Shown piece by piece: positions 25,351-34,683 of a DNA stretch of 64,000 nt. Location of the stretch: IMG/VR virus record IMGVR_UViG_3300031857_000027; one strand, given 5' to 3'. Source of the DNA: a virus. Every line of letters begins with the position of its first letter. Positions within the stretch are counted from its first letter, which is position 1. Made by a program: the position numbers and the translations under genes. The notes under the pieces are model-generated. The model was given only the letters and a program-made list of their open reading frames with translations. It was not told the origin of the DNA and did not search any database.

Positions 25351-28049
25351 ACGTAGTTTCTCTTTTTAAATGTTATAAGTGAGATACCTTTTTTCTTCAA
25401 TTCATCTTCTTTTTGATCACCAATTGATGCTGTCGTTTCATCACCAGTAAGTTCACTAATATTCTTAGGCACAACTTGTGTTGCTTTACCCTTTTTACTC
25501 AACTTCTCACCCATGTCTCTAGCAGGAGATTCACCAGCACCTGCCATTGAAATACCAGGTTCAATGCCTCTGTCAATCTCAGAAATTATTTCTCTTTCTT
25601 CGGCTTTCTTCTGGAAGTTTTCTTTGATGGTGGCAAGGCTGATGGTTCTTCTTCCTTCGGCAACGGGTTTGTCAAGGGCTGGTCGTTCTTTTCTTCCAGT
25701 ACCGGTTCTAACCTTACCGAGTTGTTGGGCTGACGGGGTGGAACTATTCTGTCCATAAAGTGCTTCAATCGCAGAATGATCAGGTGAATGTATTTCATGC
25801 AAGTCCTCTTTTAATTTAACAACGTATCTGTTACCAACTTTTGCTACTGTGCCATTTTTTTGGTGTGCTTCTTTTGCTGCTGAACCACGAATGTAAAACA
25901 ATCTTGTCTTACCGTTCTTGTCTGTCAATAACTTCTGTTTCTTTTGCGTTTCTTCAAACTGTTTACCAATTAACTTTGTGCCAGAAACATGTTGAATCAT
26001 TTTCCATGCTTCTTTGTGATTCTTGTTCGCAAGATGTTCTTTGAATTTTTTCTTCTGTTCTGGTGTAGCCTTCTGATGAAACTTCATGACTTCCATCATG
26101 CCAATGTTACCTTCATATGCCGCTTCACTGATCTTACCTTTGCCATAGTTTGAAACATTGATTGGCTCACCCTTGCGTTCTGGATTAGGATCATGGCGGC
26201 GTTTTGAAGCCACGGCAGCAGCACGTTCTTTCTTAGATAGTGATGCTCTCTTTTCGTTTGACATACATTTTGGTTTTGCTTCACCTGGTTCTCTGGCGCA
26301 AGGACCAATTGCTTCACCTTTGCTATTGATGCGCTTCCAGCCACCTTCTGGATCAGTTTTACTAAACCACTTACGTAAATCTTCTTTAATCATACCTCTA
26401 CCTAATGTCAGTAGATTGTAAGCACCAGCATCAGACATTGTGTTTACTTCTTCTTCCTCTGTCATCTCTTCTTCATCTGACTTGAGCAAACGAAGTGTGC
26501 GTGTGACTTCTTCTACTGTATCACCTGTAACTGATACTGTGACTGCTTCATTCATCTTGGCCATTTTGTTTTGATGTGTCTCAACAGTCTTTGCAATTTT
26601 CTCTACCGGCACTAAACTACCATGCACTGAACGATGTGTAACTTTGCCGTCTTTACCATAACGGCCAAAGCCATAATACTCTAGACCCATCTTGGACATA
26701 TCTTCATGTGTGCCAGCATCGGCATGTGGTTTCATATCAGTACGAATCGGTGCAGTATCTTTCTTACCCAACTCTGTAGCAATCCAACCTTTTGCCAAAT
26801 CATTCTTCGGTGGCTTGCCGACGAACTTTTGCATGTTTTTAAAAATGCCATCAAGTTCTTTTGTCTTTGCTTCTACAACTTCCGGTGCTGCTGTACGCAA
26901 ATCTTCTGAATTATCAAACTCAACATAGTTGTCACGAAATAGTTTACCAAACATTGGTCGTGCTGCTTGTACAGATTCCCATTTCTCTTTACGAATGTCT
27001 TCTGGCACTGTACGACCACCACGTTGACCACGTTCAATGTTTCTTTCTTTTGATACTTCGTCTGCTGTATTGACCATGACCATGGATGTTTCATAGCCTA
27101 ACTTCTCAAGCATCTCTTTGATCTTGGCATACTTTTCTGGATCATCACCAGTACCATTGATGATCAATCCATTACGACCATGAAGTGCTAAACGTTGACG
27201 CAATTCTGTAACGTTCTTTGCTCTTTTACGAACAGCATTACGTTGTGATTCTTCATTCTCTGGCATCTTCTTATCAAGGTTTTCTTTGTCCATCAGATAC
27301 TCAAGTGCTTTATCAGAATTGATTTCTGTTAGACCATGACCATCTAGTGTCTTGCTTAACACATAGTCTTTGCCTGAACCAGGACCACCACCTAGAAATA
27401 CTGCTTTGAAAATACCTTTGTCGTGTACACCCTCACGAATGATTTCTTCGTGAAGTCTCATACCTTTACGTACATCATTGAACATTTGCTTGACATGAGC
27501 ATGAGACATTGATGATGGTGCGCCTTTCTTGAATGAATCAAGATCGCCACTCTTTGCGTGTTCACGCATTTTAGAAGCAGAAATGCCAGTTACACCTTCA
27601 GCATCAGGATCACGTTCACCTGCTGAGTGTACTTTGATTTCTTTGAAGTTGAAACGGGCACCTTCATGTGTGCCATTGTACTTGTGTAGCAGTCTGTGAT
27701 ATTCTTCTGTGCGGTCAGAACCACCAACCATGTGAAGATGTGTTACACCCTTCTTGTGTAATGCTTCGGCATGGTCAAAGAATGTTGGTTTTTCTTTAGA
27801 TGCTGCTGTGAAATTCGTGCCAGAAAATGCTCTCTTGGCATGTTTGACTTTTTGATCTGCTGTAAGGGGATTCTTCTTGGCGTCCTGTGAATGTGACAGA
27901 ACGATATGATGTGAGCCGCCAACTTTATCGGCGATCTCTTTGACTTTATTGACTAGTTTTTCGTGACCGTTTGTAATCGGATTCATGCGACCAAATGCTA
28001 GGACGGCATGTTTCTCTTTCTGTTCACGTAGAAAATCTCTAAATTTCAT
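25347..28049 (-). CDS. 900-aa multidomain protein: cytidyltransferase-like (HIGH) domain, zeta-toxin-like P-loop kinase and several small modules
   Basis: FGRMNPITNGH, GSDR, ISASKMR; GGPGSGKD, NSD, INGTG, RGGR.VP; N-terminus MKFRDFLRE. Confidence 0.8.
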   Translation of the reverse strand: MKFRDFLREQKEKHAVLAFGRMNPITNGHEKLVNKVKEIADKVGGSHHIVLSHSQDAKKNPLTADQKVKHAKRAFSGTNFTAASKEKPTFFDHAEALHKKGVTHLHMVGGSDRTEEYHRLLHKYNGTHEGARFNFKEIKVHSAGERDPDAEGVTGISASKMREHAKSGDLDSFKKGAPSSMSHAHVKQMFNDVRKGMRLHEEIIREGVHDKGIFKAVFLGGGPGSGKDYVLSKTLDGHGLTEINSDKALEYLMDKENLDKKMPENEESQRNAVRKRAKNVTELRQRLALHGRNGLIINGTGDDPEKYAKIKEMLEKLGYETSMVMVNTADEVSKERNIERGQRGGRTVPEDIRKEKWESVQAARPMFGKLFRDNYVEFDNSEDLRTAAPEVVEAKTKELDGIFKNMQKFVGKPPKNDLAKGWIATELGKKDTAPIRTDMKPHADAGTHEDMSKMGLEYYGFGRYGKDGKVTHRSVHGSLVPVEKIAKTVETHQNKMAKMNEAVTVSVTGDTVEEVTRTLRLLKSDEEEMTEEEEVNTMSDAGAYNLLTLGRGMIKEDLRKWFSKTDPEGGWKRINSKGEAIGPCAREPGEAKPKCMSNEKRASLSKKERAAAVASKRRHDPNPERKGEPINVSNYGKGKISEAAYEGNIGMMEVMKFHQKATPEQKKKFKEHLANKNHKEAWKMIQHVSGTKLIGKQFEETQKKQKLLTDKNGKTRLFYIRGSAAKEAHQKNGTVAKVGNRYVVKLKEDLHEIHSPDHSAIEALYGQNSSTPSAQQLGKVRTGTGRKERPALDKPVAEGRRTISLATIKENFQKKAEEREIISEIDRGIEPGISMAGAGESPARDMGEKLSKKGKATQVVPKNISELTGDETTASIGDQKEDELKKKGISLITFKKRNYV

Positions 28050-28081
28050 AATCCCTCTACCTCTGCGGCAGTTGTTTCTGT

Positions 28082-28096
28082 TATTTAGTATTTAGT
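28082..28096 (-). promoter_or_regulatory. tandem late promoter candidates (ACTAAATA twice)
   Basis: Two overlapping copies upstream of the 28049 start. Confidence 0.6.
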
Positions 28097-28799
28097 AAAC
28101 TTCTAGCGTGTTTGTGGTGGCCACGGTCCCTTGACAATGAATTTGATCCAATTCAACTAGAATTTCTTTGTTTAGCACAAGAAAGTGAGCATGTTCCGTG
28201 TCAATTCTAGTCTGATTTGTTACCGTAATGATTTGTCGTAAAGATTCTAGATAATTGTCTATCAAAGACGGACAGAAAGAATACATTCTGGTAATAAGAA
28301 GATTTGTTGCAAACTCCTTACGACTGTCGGTTAACCATGTTGGTATTCTTTTCTTGAACACATATTTACCAAAGTGATCATGTTCGTGAATATCAAAAGA
28401 ATTCAACAAATCTGTTCTACCTGACAATTTAAAGACTCTATTTACAGACAACATAATCTTGGCCAGATGTGGTTCTTGTTTTAGAAGCAGAAGAGTTTTC
28501 ATCAATAAAGTGCTTTCAGCCTCACTTTTGCGATGATTAACTGCAAATGTACTAATCATTTCATCACTGGAAAAGTCGGCTACAAAATCAACACAGTCTG
28601 AAATGATTTTGATTTTTTCTTCTTCAACTTTGTGTGGTGAACCATCAACGAATAAAACAATAGCGTCAGGTACTTTTTCTCTTAATAATTGTAATCCGTC
28701 TATAGTTTGTTCTAATCGTTCTTCACGTTTAATTTCACCCATGTCTGTGTTGAGTGCTGAAGTTACAATAAAAAGTTTGCGATCAGGTATCAGTGCCAT
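28092..28799 (-). CDS. putative glycosyltransferase-like protein
   Basis: FIVTSA, R.EQT, FKLSGR pattern; sugar cluster context. Confidence 0.5.
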   Translation of the reverse strand: MALIPDRKLFIVTSALNTDMGEIKREERLEQTIDGLQLLREKVPDAIVLFVDGSPHKVEEEKIKIISDCVDFVADFSSDEMISTFAVNHRKSEAESTLLMKTLLLLKQEPHLAKIMLSVNRVFKLSGRTDLLNSFDIHEHDHFGKYVFKKRIPTWLTDSRKEFATNLLITRMYSFCPSLIDNYLESLRQIITVTNQTRIDTEHAHFLVLNKEILVELDQIHCQGTVATTNTLEVY

Positions 28800-29464
28800 T
28801 CAAACTCCGAAAATAATTTAATTGTTTTGTATGTTGCTTTAGAATTCAATACATGAACTATTGTGTTAGTAATTTCCTTTGTATCTAACATTTTATCTTT
28901 AGAAGTATGTTTATCTTGCATTGGTGTTTTGATACCACCAGGATGAATACTTGTCACACGAATCTCATTCATTTGTGTATGCAGTTCAGAGCCCAACGCA
29001 CCAGCAAATGCAGTAATAGCATGTTTAGATGCCGAGTAAACTGCTTCCCATTCCATCTCTTTAAGACCTGCTACAGAGTTAATGAAGATAATATTACTAC
29101 CTTTGTTCATTAACTTGAGTGCTTGCAGTGTCACATACATTGTGCCTTTAACGTTCAAATCAATAATTTGATCTATCTTTTCAACTGTAAAATAACTTTT
29201 GAAACGCCCCCACTCATATATACCCGCATTGTTTACAAGCACATCAATGTATGTGCCAATTCTTTCAAATGCGGCTTTAACTTGATCTGACTTTGAGATA
29301 TCACATTCTATCCACTGAAATGTATCCGGTGCAGAAAATAGTTTTACTGGTGGTTTTGTGCGTGAAAGACCATACACGAAATAACCTTCATCAATCAGCC
29401 TATCTGCAATATCATGGCCAAGGCCATAACTACATCCTGTAACCACGGCAACTTTACGCATCAC
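28790..29464 (-). CDS. SDR family oxidoreductase
   Basis: TGCSYGLG, VNNAG, YSASK and PGG motifs. Confidence 0.92.
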   Translation of the reverse strand: MMRKVAVVTGCSYGLGHDIADRLIDEGYFVYGLSRTKPPVKLFSAPDTFQWIECDISKSDQVKAAFERIGTYIDVLVNNAGIYEWGRFKSYFTVEKIDQIIDLNVKGTMYVTLQALKLMNKGSNIIFINSVAGLKEMEWEAVYSASKHAITAFAGALGSELHTQMNEIRVTSIHPGGIKTPMQDKHTSKDKMLDTKEITNTIVHVLNSKATYKTIKLFSEFEWH

Positions 29465-30597
29465 ATCTCCTCAAAAACATCAATCGCAAGTTTCATTTCA
29501 TCTTCAGTAACATCATTCACAATCTTATAGTTACCAATTGCAATAGGCAGTGGTGCATATTGATTGCCGTTACGGTGTTTAGTTGCATCACGTAGACTCT
29601 CCAACAAATACTTCATATTGGTAAAGTCTTTATGAAATGTTTTCAGTTTCAATCTTTTTGCAACACCAAAGATTCGTTTCAATTGAACTGTGTCAATGTA
29701 GCCACGAATGAATGAGATACACGAACTATACAAACAATCTAATGCTACTGCTTCACCATGCAACAACTCTGGTATATTAGACATCTCAATTACAGGACTG
29801 AATGTGTGACCAAAATCTACGCAACGGTCTAATCGTTTTTCCCATAGATTCGGTCCAAGTTCTGCAATCATGTCTGTGATAGCAAGATTGATTACACGAA
29901 CTGGCACCGCACCATATTGAAACTTTTCATCAATCAGTATCTCTGCATTCTCTTCTAGCAGATGAAAAAGTTCTGGTGATTTGATAACTGCAAGTTTGAA
30001 TATTTCTGCAATGCCATTTACAATCTCACGTTCACTTTGCGTCTTGATAAACTTTTTATCAATGTATGTTGCAAGTGGTGGATAGTACGCACCGATACGA
30101 TTGCGTCTGCCTAGATGATTGACTCCAACTTTAGAGCCTACAGAAGCGTCAACGATGGCAAGAAGTGTTGTGGGAATTTTAACGTAGGGAATTCCACGAC
30201 GGTATATGCTACAAGCAAAGCCAACAATGTCCAGCAGAACACCTCCGCCAATTGCGATAATAGGTTCACGGCGTAACACTCCATATTGTTCAAAAAAGTC
30301 CAAAATACGATCAACATTTTTCCAATTCTTATTTTCTTCTTTGCAGTCTACGCAAAGTATTTTACAACTCAACTTGACTGCACCAAAATATGCTGCGATA
30401 CTATCTTTGTATAAATCATGTACTTCAGAATCAATCACGATAATTCTACGCTCACTATTCGTGATGTTTACAATATCTTGATTGCTTGGGCTAAAGATGT
30501 CAGCAGAGTATGTAAGTTTGAATTCTACTGGTAGTTCTGTTTTAACTGACCAAGTTCGTTTGAACTTGTCATAATCCATCATAAAGTCTAAACTCAT
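29461..30597 (-). CDS. sedoheptulose-7-phosphate cyclase (2-epi-5-epi-valiolone synthase-like; DHQS superfamily)
   Basis: GGGVLLD, PTTLLAIVDA, EL.PNLWE...R.VDFGHTFSP, HGEAV; lacks the AroB LNLGHTFGHAIE motif. Confidence 0.85.
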   Translation of the reverse strand: MSLDFMMDYDKFKRTWSVKTELPVEFKLTYSADIFSPSNQDIVNITNSERRIIVIDSEVHDLYKDSIAAYFGAVKLSCKILCVDCKEENKNWKNVDRILDFFEQYGVLRREPIIAIGGGVLLDIVGFACSIYRRGIPYVKIPTTLLAIVDASVGSKVGVNHLGRRNRIGAYYPPLATYIDKKFIKTQSEREIVNGIAEIFKLAVIKSPELFHLLEENAEILIDEKFQYGAVPVRVINLAITDMIAELGPNLWEKRLDRCVDFGHTFSPVIEMSNIPELLHGEAVALDCLYSSCISFIRGYIDTVQLKRIFGVAKRLKLKTFHKDFTNMKYLLESLRDATKHRNGNQYAPLPIAIGNYKIVNDVTEDEMKLAIDVFEEM

Positions 30598-31547
30598 TTC
30601 ATCGCCTTACTAAACAATTTACATGCATGAACATAAAAATACTTGGCTTTGTTGATATCACCCGCAATCAACTTAAATGGTAGCATACGAATGAACTGTG
30701 ATGCTTCTAGTATATCTATGAGTTTCATTTTATCTTCTGGCAACTCAGAGATAAAGTGTTTGTTGAACGTGTCAAAGTGTTCTGTGCCGCCATGAGGATT
30801 GAACAGATCAATTCCTATAACACGAACATCACGGTCGTTGATGAAACCATAGTGACTACGTGAACACTGAAGCACTTGTGCATAATCAAGATACTTGGTG
30901 TTCCACATACTTTCATCATATGTATCAATAAAAACTACACGATCTTCTTCAAATGAATACATGATGTTTTCAAGTGTGGGATTACCATGAATATTACACT
31001 CATCATCGTTTTCCAATTCTGCAAAGTATTCTTGCAAAACTTGAAGATAACCACCAATACCTACAATAAGGTCTCCGTTGAAACCATATGTGCCACGATA
31101 AAAGAAGTCTTTGAATGATGGCAGACTTATTGCATCAGCAATCTTCTGATCAATCTCTTCATCAAAATAAAGTCTTGGCGCACCAGGAATAGGTTCTTTT
31201 TTAATTGAATGAAGAGTATTCAAACCTTTCCAAACCGCTTGGCTCATTCTGAAGATTTGATCTTCACTCAATATGTCTTTGCTGAGAATGCTTTTGATGT
31301 CACGAAAACCTTCAAGGTATTCTAAATCAAACCATGCAGTTGTTTTGTTTGAATCTACATTCACAACTTTAGGAAACAAGCCAGGATATAGTGTATTGTA
31401 TTCTTGTAATTTCTTTAACTGAGAATACCAACGCATAAAACCATATTCACGATTTTCTATGCGTGAAATTTCTTTACGAACGATCTTCTCATCTGGTAGC
31501 CAGTAAGTTCTACTGAGTGAGCCACCTTTCAATGATATAGTTTTCAT
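30594..31547 (-). CDS. APH/choline-kinase-like phosphotransferase
   Basis: GGS glycine loop, VRK, HGNPTLENI (HGD-type loop with Asn), FID. Confidence 0.7.
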   Translation of the reverse strand: MKTISLKGGSLSRTYWLPDEKIVRKEISRIENREYGFMRWYSQLKKLQEYNTLYPGLFPKVVNVDSNKTTAWFDLEYLEGFRDIKSILSKDILSEDQIFRMSQAVWKGLNTLHSIKKEPIPGAPRLYFDEEIDQKIADAISLPSFKDFFYRGTYGFNGDLIVGIGGYLQVLQEYFAELENDDECNIHGNPTLENIMYSFEEDRVVFIDTYDESMWNTKYLDYAQVLQCSRSHYGFINDRDVRVIGIDLFNPHGGTEHFDTFNKHFISELPEDKMKLIDILEASQFIRMLPFKLIAGDINKAKYFYVHACKLFSKAMK

Positions 31548-32275
31548 TTTGCACCTAATGTTTGCCTTGCTATCTCAATTCCGTATTCTTGAGGACTGCC
31601 TAAAACAATCGTTTCTTGGTTACTACCAAGAGGATTCATGAATACTTGTTTATTAGATTGTATCATACTTTGTATCACATCTGCAATATATAATTCACCA
31701 TCTTTTTCGGCTAACTTGTTATAATATTCTAGATAAAGATGACCCGTCAGGAAACCATAGAAGCCTGATGATGCATACGGTGAGATTTGTTTCTTTTCTA
31801 CAATTTCAATTACCGTATTTTCAAATGCACGAACATAAGAATACTTTGGTGAGTTGCCCACAAAAACATCAATATATGCATCATGCTTTGCGGTTAAGTC
31901 ATCAGCAATAAAATCTATACGACGACCTTTAATAATTGTATCTGCATTGTGTACGAACGTTGGTAAATATTTGTTGTTCAGTTGTTCAATACCAATTGCT
32001 GCTGTGTGTGCTTGGCCTTTTGTGTCACCAATGTATAGAATATTGCTTTCATTCCAACCAAGTGGTTTGATTGCTTCAACAAGTTGATCTTTGAAATAAA
32101 TGTCTCTTTTATTGGCCACAAGAATCAGTTGTGTAACCCAACCAAGATTCTTCAAAATATCATATATGATTGTCTTGTCATTCCAAGGCAAAAGATATTT
32201 TGGTATGTCAAAGCCAACATCATGAAAACGGGTGTTATATCCCGCCATACAGATTATGAGATTCATTTCAACCAT
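31544..32275 (-). CDS. NTP transferase (sugar-1-phosphate nucleotidyltransferase-like)
   Basis: MAG...RF...PKYL, TKGQA.T, EKKQIS and LGSP motifs. Confidence 0.85.
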   Translation of the reverse strand: MVEMNLIICMAGYNTRFHDVGFDIPKYLLPWNDKTIIYDILKNLGWVTQLILVANKRDIYFKDQLVEAIKPLGWNESNILYIGDTKGQAHTAAIGIEQLNNKYLPTFVHNADTIIKGRRIDFIADDLTAKHDAYIDVFVGNSPKYSYVRAFENTVIEIVEKKQISPYASSGFYGFLTGHLYLEYYNKLAEKDGELYIADVIQSMIQSNKQVFMNPLGSNQETIVLGSPQEYGIEIARQTLGAK

Positions 32276-32976
32276 TCTTCCATATCATTTCGTAACAGTG
32301 AATGCCATGTGCCATTATACTCACCAGGTGAGAATGGATGATTGACATCACAGTATACTAGATTTTCACCAACAAGACCGTATCGTTTCCAGTTGGCACT
32401 CATAAAGTCTTCCATCATGAACTGCACACCATTATTGTAGAATTCATCATAGTGTTGATATGCATATGAATACTTGTCCATGTTTTCTGAGGATGAAAAC
32501 GCAAACTGATCATTACCAAAATCACGATTAGGTGACATACGACAGTTTGGAATGTATAGTTTGTTCGGATTCAATGTGTCAAAAGGAATACGAGCATTAA
32601 TTGCAAAATCAAACCGTGAACGAACAACCCAATCAAACTTCATGTTGTGATATTCTTCATACTCACGCTTTGTACGCATACATTCGTAAATTGCAAACAT
32701 CTGCGCCCATGTTGACATGCGACCATCTTTAACTTTCCAGTTTGGTGATGGTGGCGGTGTGTTTGTGTATTTTGATAAATCAATTGTGGGATTTGGTGAT
32801 GTGATGAAACTATGTGCATTATATTTCTCTGAAATATTTTGCATTTCTTCTGCTGGCATTTCCCACGAATGCAGAAACACAGTTACATCGTTGTTTTTGA
32901 TAATGTTTAGATTGTGATACTCAAAGCCTTTTTCCCACATTCTTGGTTGGCCAGAGATACAGAGTGCTATCTTCAT
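32263..32976 (-). CDS. putative glycosyltransferase-like protein
   Basis: KIALCISGQPR, F.HSW, D.VVRSRFD and NDQFA pattern. Confidence 0.55.
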   Translation of the reverse strand: MKIALCISGQPRMWEKGFEYHNLNIIKNNDVTVFLHSWEMPAEEMQNISEKYNAHSFITSPNPTIDLSKYTNTPPPSPNWKVKDGRMSTWAQMFAIYECMRTKREYEEYHNMKFDWVVRSRFDFAINARIPFDTLNPNKLYIPNCRMSPNRDFGNDQFAFSSSENMDKYSYAYQHYDEFYNNGVQFMMEDFMSANWKRYGLVGENLVYCDVNHPFSPGEYNGTWHSLLRNDMEEWLK

Positions 32977-33665
32977 AGGTCACGCCCCACATTTGCTTTG
33001 TTGTCTGTAATGCCGAATGTCTTCAGTTGTTCTTTTTCCATCACGACCATGCTGTTATAGAATGATACAGAATAAAGATTGTTATACACCGCAAGTGCTT
33101 CATCAGAAATTGGTGAGCCTTGAAAGTGTTGTTGATTCACAATATCTGTCACACGCTTACAGTGTTCAGTAAATGTGCCAGCACCACGGAATACACCACC
33201 CCATGGCTGTGGCCAATAACTTGTGTGAGTGTCTTCACAAATATAAACACCACCCTCTTTGATGTGTGTAAATACACTGTTCAATGTAGTGATTTGATGA
33301 TTCATTACATGAGAGCCGTCATCAATCACAATATCAAAATTGTTTTGTGTTTTCAAGAATTCTGACCAGAAGGCAGCGTCACCTTGGTCACCCATCACAA
33401 CTTTAACATCACCGTTGTATTCATATTTCAAACACTCTTCATTGATATCAACTGCCACAACTGAAGTATCAGGACCAAAATACTTTAGCCACATTTCAAT
33501 TGAACCACCACCAAGCACACCGATTTCTAAGATGCGTGGTGCTTTACCTACAAACTTCTTTAGGTGTCTTTCATAAACATCAAAGTAACCTGACCATTTT
33601 GTAGATGGCTTTTCTAAGTCCCAAAATAATTCTTTAATTCTATTTGTCGTCATATTTTGCCTCAA
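32973..33665 (-). CDS. class I SAM-dependent (sugar O-)methyltransferase
   Basis: ILEIGV..GGS, GDQ, IDDGSH and GGVYICED motifs. Confidence 0.85.
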   Translation of the reverse strand: MRQNMTTNRIKELFWDLEKPSTKWSGYFDVYERHLKKFVGKAPRILEIGVLGGGSIEMWLKYFGPDTSVVAVDINEECLKYEYNGDVKVVMGDQGDAAFWSEFLKTQNNFDIVIDDGSHVMNHQITTLNSVFTHIKEGGVYICEDTHTSYWPQPWGGVFRGAGTFTEHCKRVTDIVNQQHFQGSPISDEALAVYNNLYSVSFYNSMVVMEKEQLKTFGITDNKANVGRDL

Positions 33666-34482
33666 TCACTTTCTTCCATTCTGGCACACGATCATACTGA
33701 TGTACAATAGTATACTCTATTCCTGTTGAAGTTACAACCTTGTCACCTTCTAATTTCGGTGATGGTTCTAAAAGATGTGGTCTGAATTGATCAATCTTAC
33801 TTGGATCGGCAGTTGTGCCAAGTTGACATGCCCAACCATATTCTGACTGAGTGTACATTGACGAATCAATATATGGGTGTCTTGAAATCATTACATTGAA
33901 TACTGCTTGATCAACGATTGGTATTGGTCTGTTGATGCAGTTTAGAAACAACTGCAAAGTCAAATCCCTCATTGCATAACCACGACCAGCAAGAACACCG
34001 ACATTAAAGATCGTGTTGTTCTTAAAATCTTCGTAGATGCCTTGACCATAACACTGTGTTAGATTCTCACGACCCCATGGCTCATCTTTATATTTCATGC
34101 TTTCGGAAGAAAATACCAAATCTTCTTGTTTGGATAGATTTTCTTCTAACCATGTAACAGGGTTCTTTTGAAAGATAACATCTCGTACATCTGTGGTAAT
34201 TACATAACGATAGTCATTATCTTTGAGCAGTTTGTAAATGTGAATGAAACGCTCAACATGCACCATCAGTTGAGACTGATAAGTTAGATTGCCGTCTTTG
34301 TCTTGATTGAACGCTATGATTGAGAAGCCTGCGTCAGTTACCTTCTGTGCAGTTTCTTTATCGCAGTTCATGAGAATCAGAACTTTATCACCCTCAAAGC
34401 CTGATTCATTGATGGAATTAATCCAATATTTTAATTTTGCCCAGTCATAATTTGTTGAGCATCCCACGATCACATCTTTCAT
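33640..34482 (-). CDS. putative glycosyltransferase (GT-A)
   Basis: TDVRDVIFQ.NP, NVGV, DQAVFN and VHQYDR motifs. Confidence 0.7.
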   Translation of the reverse strand: MKDVIVGCSTNYDWAKLKYWINSINESGFEGDKVLILMNCDKETAQKVTDAGFSIIAFNQDKDGNLTYQSQLMVHVERFIHIYKLLKDNDYRYVITTDVRDVIFQKNPVTWLEENLSKQEDLVFSSESMKYKDEPWGRENLTQCYGQGIYEDFKNNTIFNVGVLAGRGYAMRDLTLQLFLNCINRPIPIVDQAVFNVMISRHPYIDSSMYTQSEYGWACQLGTTADPSKIDQFRPHLLEPSPKLEGDKVVTSTGIEYTIVHQYDRVPEWKKVIEAKYDDK

Positions 34483-34497
34483 AATATCTCCAGTGAT

Positions 34498-34683
34498 TTA
34501 TTTTATGTCAGTTTCTTTCCAACTTCCTGTAAACTTTTTATATTGTTGTGTGCTTTGACCAGGAGTGTCATCAAGATATTTAGCAGTGAGTTCAGGTCTT
34601 CCCCACTCACCTCCGCCGGCCTTAGATACAAACTCTTGTCTGCTGTCTTTGTTTGCCTTTAAATAATCTTTGAATGTTTTCAT
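34498..34683 (-). CDS. small protein with CTS-like N-terminus (61 aa)
   Basis: Starts MKTFKDYLK at an ATGA overlap; G.GEWG...L...Y..DTPGQ. Confidence 0.6.
   Translation of the reverse strand: MKTFKDYLKANKDSRQEFVSKAGGGEWGRPELTAKYLDDTPGQSTQQYKKFTGSWKETDIK

Noticed and set aside
29461-30597. Annotation as 3-dehydroquinate synthase (aroB)
   Set aside because: Active-site region reads PNLWE...VDFGHTFSP, typical of sedoheptulose-7-P cyclases, and no shikimate genes are nearby
28790-33665. Gadusol or mycosporine sunscreen pathway as the main interpretation
   Set aside because: No MT-Ox, ATP-grasp (MysC) or NRPS-like gene; kinase, NTP transferase and GTs point to an activated donor instead, though a sunscreen role is not fully excluded
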